Part shown: positions 62,801 through 64,000 of the stretch, one piece after another | Layout of the letters: each line of letters starts with the position of its first letter | Position numbering within the stretch: position 1 is the first letter of the stretch | Assembly (NCBI GenBank): GCA_963721085.1 | Contig: CAVRHW010000031.1 | Location: forward strand, 65,782 to 129,781 | From: an uncultured Gammaproteobacteria bacterium | GTDB lineage: Bacteria > Pseudomonadota > Gammaproteobacteria > SZUA-229 | Length of the DNA stretch: 64,000 bases | Reading direction: 5' to 3' | The notes under the pieces: generated by a model | What the model was told of the DNA's origin: nothing | Databases searched by the model: none | Seen by the model: the letters and a program-made list of their open reading frames with translations, nothing else | Position numbers and translations under genes: made by a program

Positions 62801-63557
62801 TTACCTGTCCCAGCGTGCTGGATCAGATATTTCCTGCATGGCATTTTCGATCCATGTTCTGGCCTCATCCATGATGTCCTCGGGCTTACGCCCGGTGGTT
62901 TCGATATAAGGCCCTATACGTACCTCAATCACCCCCGGCCATTTTATAAAACTATGCCGCGGCCAGTATTCACCGGCATTGTGCGCAATCGGCAATACCG
63001 GATAACCACTGCTTGCCGCCAGCACTGCCGCACCCATTTTATACCGGGTTTTTTCACTCGGACTGGTGCGAGTCCCTTCTGGAAAAACATTGATCCACTT
63101 ACCCTGTTTTAATTTCTCGGTGCCGCGCGTGACCAGCTGGTTTACCGCGGTACGCCCGGCGCCACGATCGATCGCGATCGGATCTGTACAGGCAAGCGCC
63201 CAGCCAAAAAGCGGGATGCGCATCAACTCGCGCTTGAACACCCAGCGCCCAAGTGGAATGATTGCGTGCAGCGCAATGGTTTCCCATGTGGACTGGTGCT
63301 TTGCGAATACGATGGCATTGCGCGTTGTAATATTTTCTTTTCCGGTAACATGATAATCCAGCTTGCAAATCACTTTCAAAAGCCAGAGATTTGTCGTGCC
63401 CCAGTATCTGGCTATGCGCAAACGCGTATCAGGATTGAGCGGGTAGGCCATGATCACGGCTATACCAACAATAATGGTGGTAACTAAAAAACCCTATCCA
63501 GAATACAACTGAGCGCAAATACAGAACCGCTTTTGCAGGAGCAGATATCGCGCTCAA
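62801..63557 (-). pseudogene. plsC: 1-acyl-sn-glycerol-3-phosphate acyltransferase PlsC; N-terminal TM segment in another frame as assembled
   Basis: ORF 62801..63457 has the KHQSTWET and FPEGTR acyltransferase blocks. My translation upstream (TTG 63557 overlapping the gmhB stop) gives MSAISAPAKAVLYLRSVVFWIGF, which joins ...LVTTIIVGIAVIMAYPL across the A6/T6 run at 63486-63491. Confidence 0.8.
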
Positions 63558-64000
63558 GATCCCATCTCCTTATCGAGCAAGGCATCGACTGCTTCCGCCA
63601 GATCCGAGTACACAGGCACATCATCAAAACCGTTCGCATCTTTTTCCAGCAAAGTACGTTCACCCTTGCCGGTTTTTACCAGCACCGGTTTGGCACCCGC
63701 CTGTTGCGCACAGCGCAGGTCGCTCAAAGTATCGCCAATATAAAAAACATCATTCAGCGGCGCGGAAAACCGCCGACTGATATCCAGTAACAATCCAGGC
63801 TGTGGTTTTCTACAGGCGCACTTGTCACGTGGTGCATGCGGACAGAAAAAAACACCTTCGACACGACCACCGAGCTGCGACAGCATGTCATCCATTTTGT
63901 GATGCATTGCCGAAAGCGTCTGCAGGTCAAAATAACCGCGCGACAAACCAGACTGATTGCTGGCCACAGTCACGGTATAACCCGCACGATTCAGTTTTGC
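63554..64000 (-). CDS. gmhB: D-glycero-D-manno-heptose 1,7-bisphosphate phosphatase GmhB; N-terminus off window (partial)
   Basis: The frame of ORF 63554..63973 stays open to the window end (…AKLNRAGYTVTVASNQSG…). Zinc motif FCPHAPRDKCACRKPQPG and GDTLSD. Confidence 0.85.
   Translation of the reverse strand, partial: AKLNRAGYTVTVASNQSGLSRGYFDLQTLSAMHHKMDDMLSQLGGRVEGVFFCPHAPRDKCACRKPQPGLLLDISRRFSAPLNDVFYIGDTLSDLRCAQQAGAKPVLVKTGKGERTLLEKDANGFDDVPVYSDLAEAVDALLDKEMGS

Overview
This is a 64 kb chromosomal fragment that looks gammaproteobacterial. Gene order from ispB through to pilE and the minor-pilin genes (listed below) matches the order I recall for Pseudomonas. Most of the window is conserved housekeeping:
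- trxC
- recG-ridA-spoT-rpoZ-gmk
- tRNA-Pro
- ispB / rplU-rpmA-obg-proB
- rpsT / murJ-ribF-ileS-lspA-fkpB-ispH
- ppa
- tRNA-Thr
- thiO, thiS-thiG-trmB
- prk
- tatD, plsC, gmhB

Three things stand out.

(1) Positions 1068-14886 (minus strand) hold a tightly coupled seven-gene operon that I cannot assign to any named electron-transfer system. In transcription order it encodes:
- a cytoplasmic FAD/NAD(P) + 2x cNMP-binding + 4x[4Fe-4S] fusion protein
- a membrane protein with two His-x13-His helices
- an FHA-domain, membrane-anchored decahaem cytochrome
- a GlcG/HbpS-like lipoprotein
- an outer-membrane barrel
- a decahaem cytochrome fused to an LVIVD beta-propeller
- a pentahaem cytochrome

Together these look like a candidate trans-envelope redox conduit with built-in signalling domains.

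(2) The assembly carries many frameshifts, spread very unevenly. I found none in 1-19 kb, scattered single events in essential genes (ileS, ribF, proB, prk, plsC), and a very dense cluster in the type IV minor-pilin/pilY1 operon (47-54 kb).

(3) There are two families of dispersed palindromic intergenic elements, and a clear palindromic operator in front of tusA next to a TetR regulator.

I saw no CRISPR array, integrase, transposase or rRNA. All calls rest on my own reading of motifs in the supplied translations and DNA; no database search was possible.
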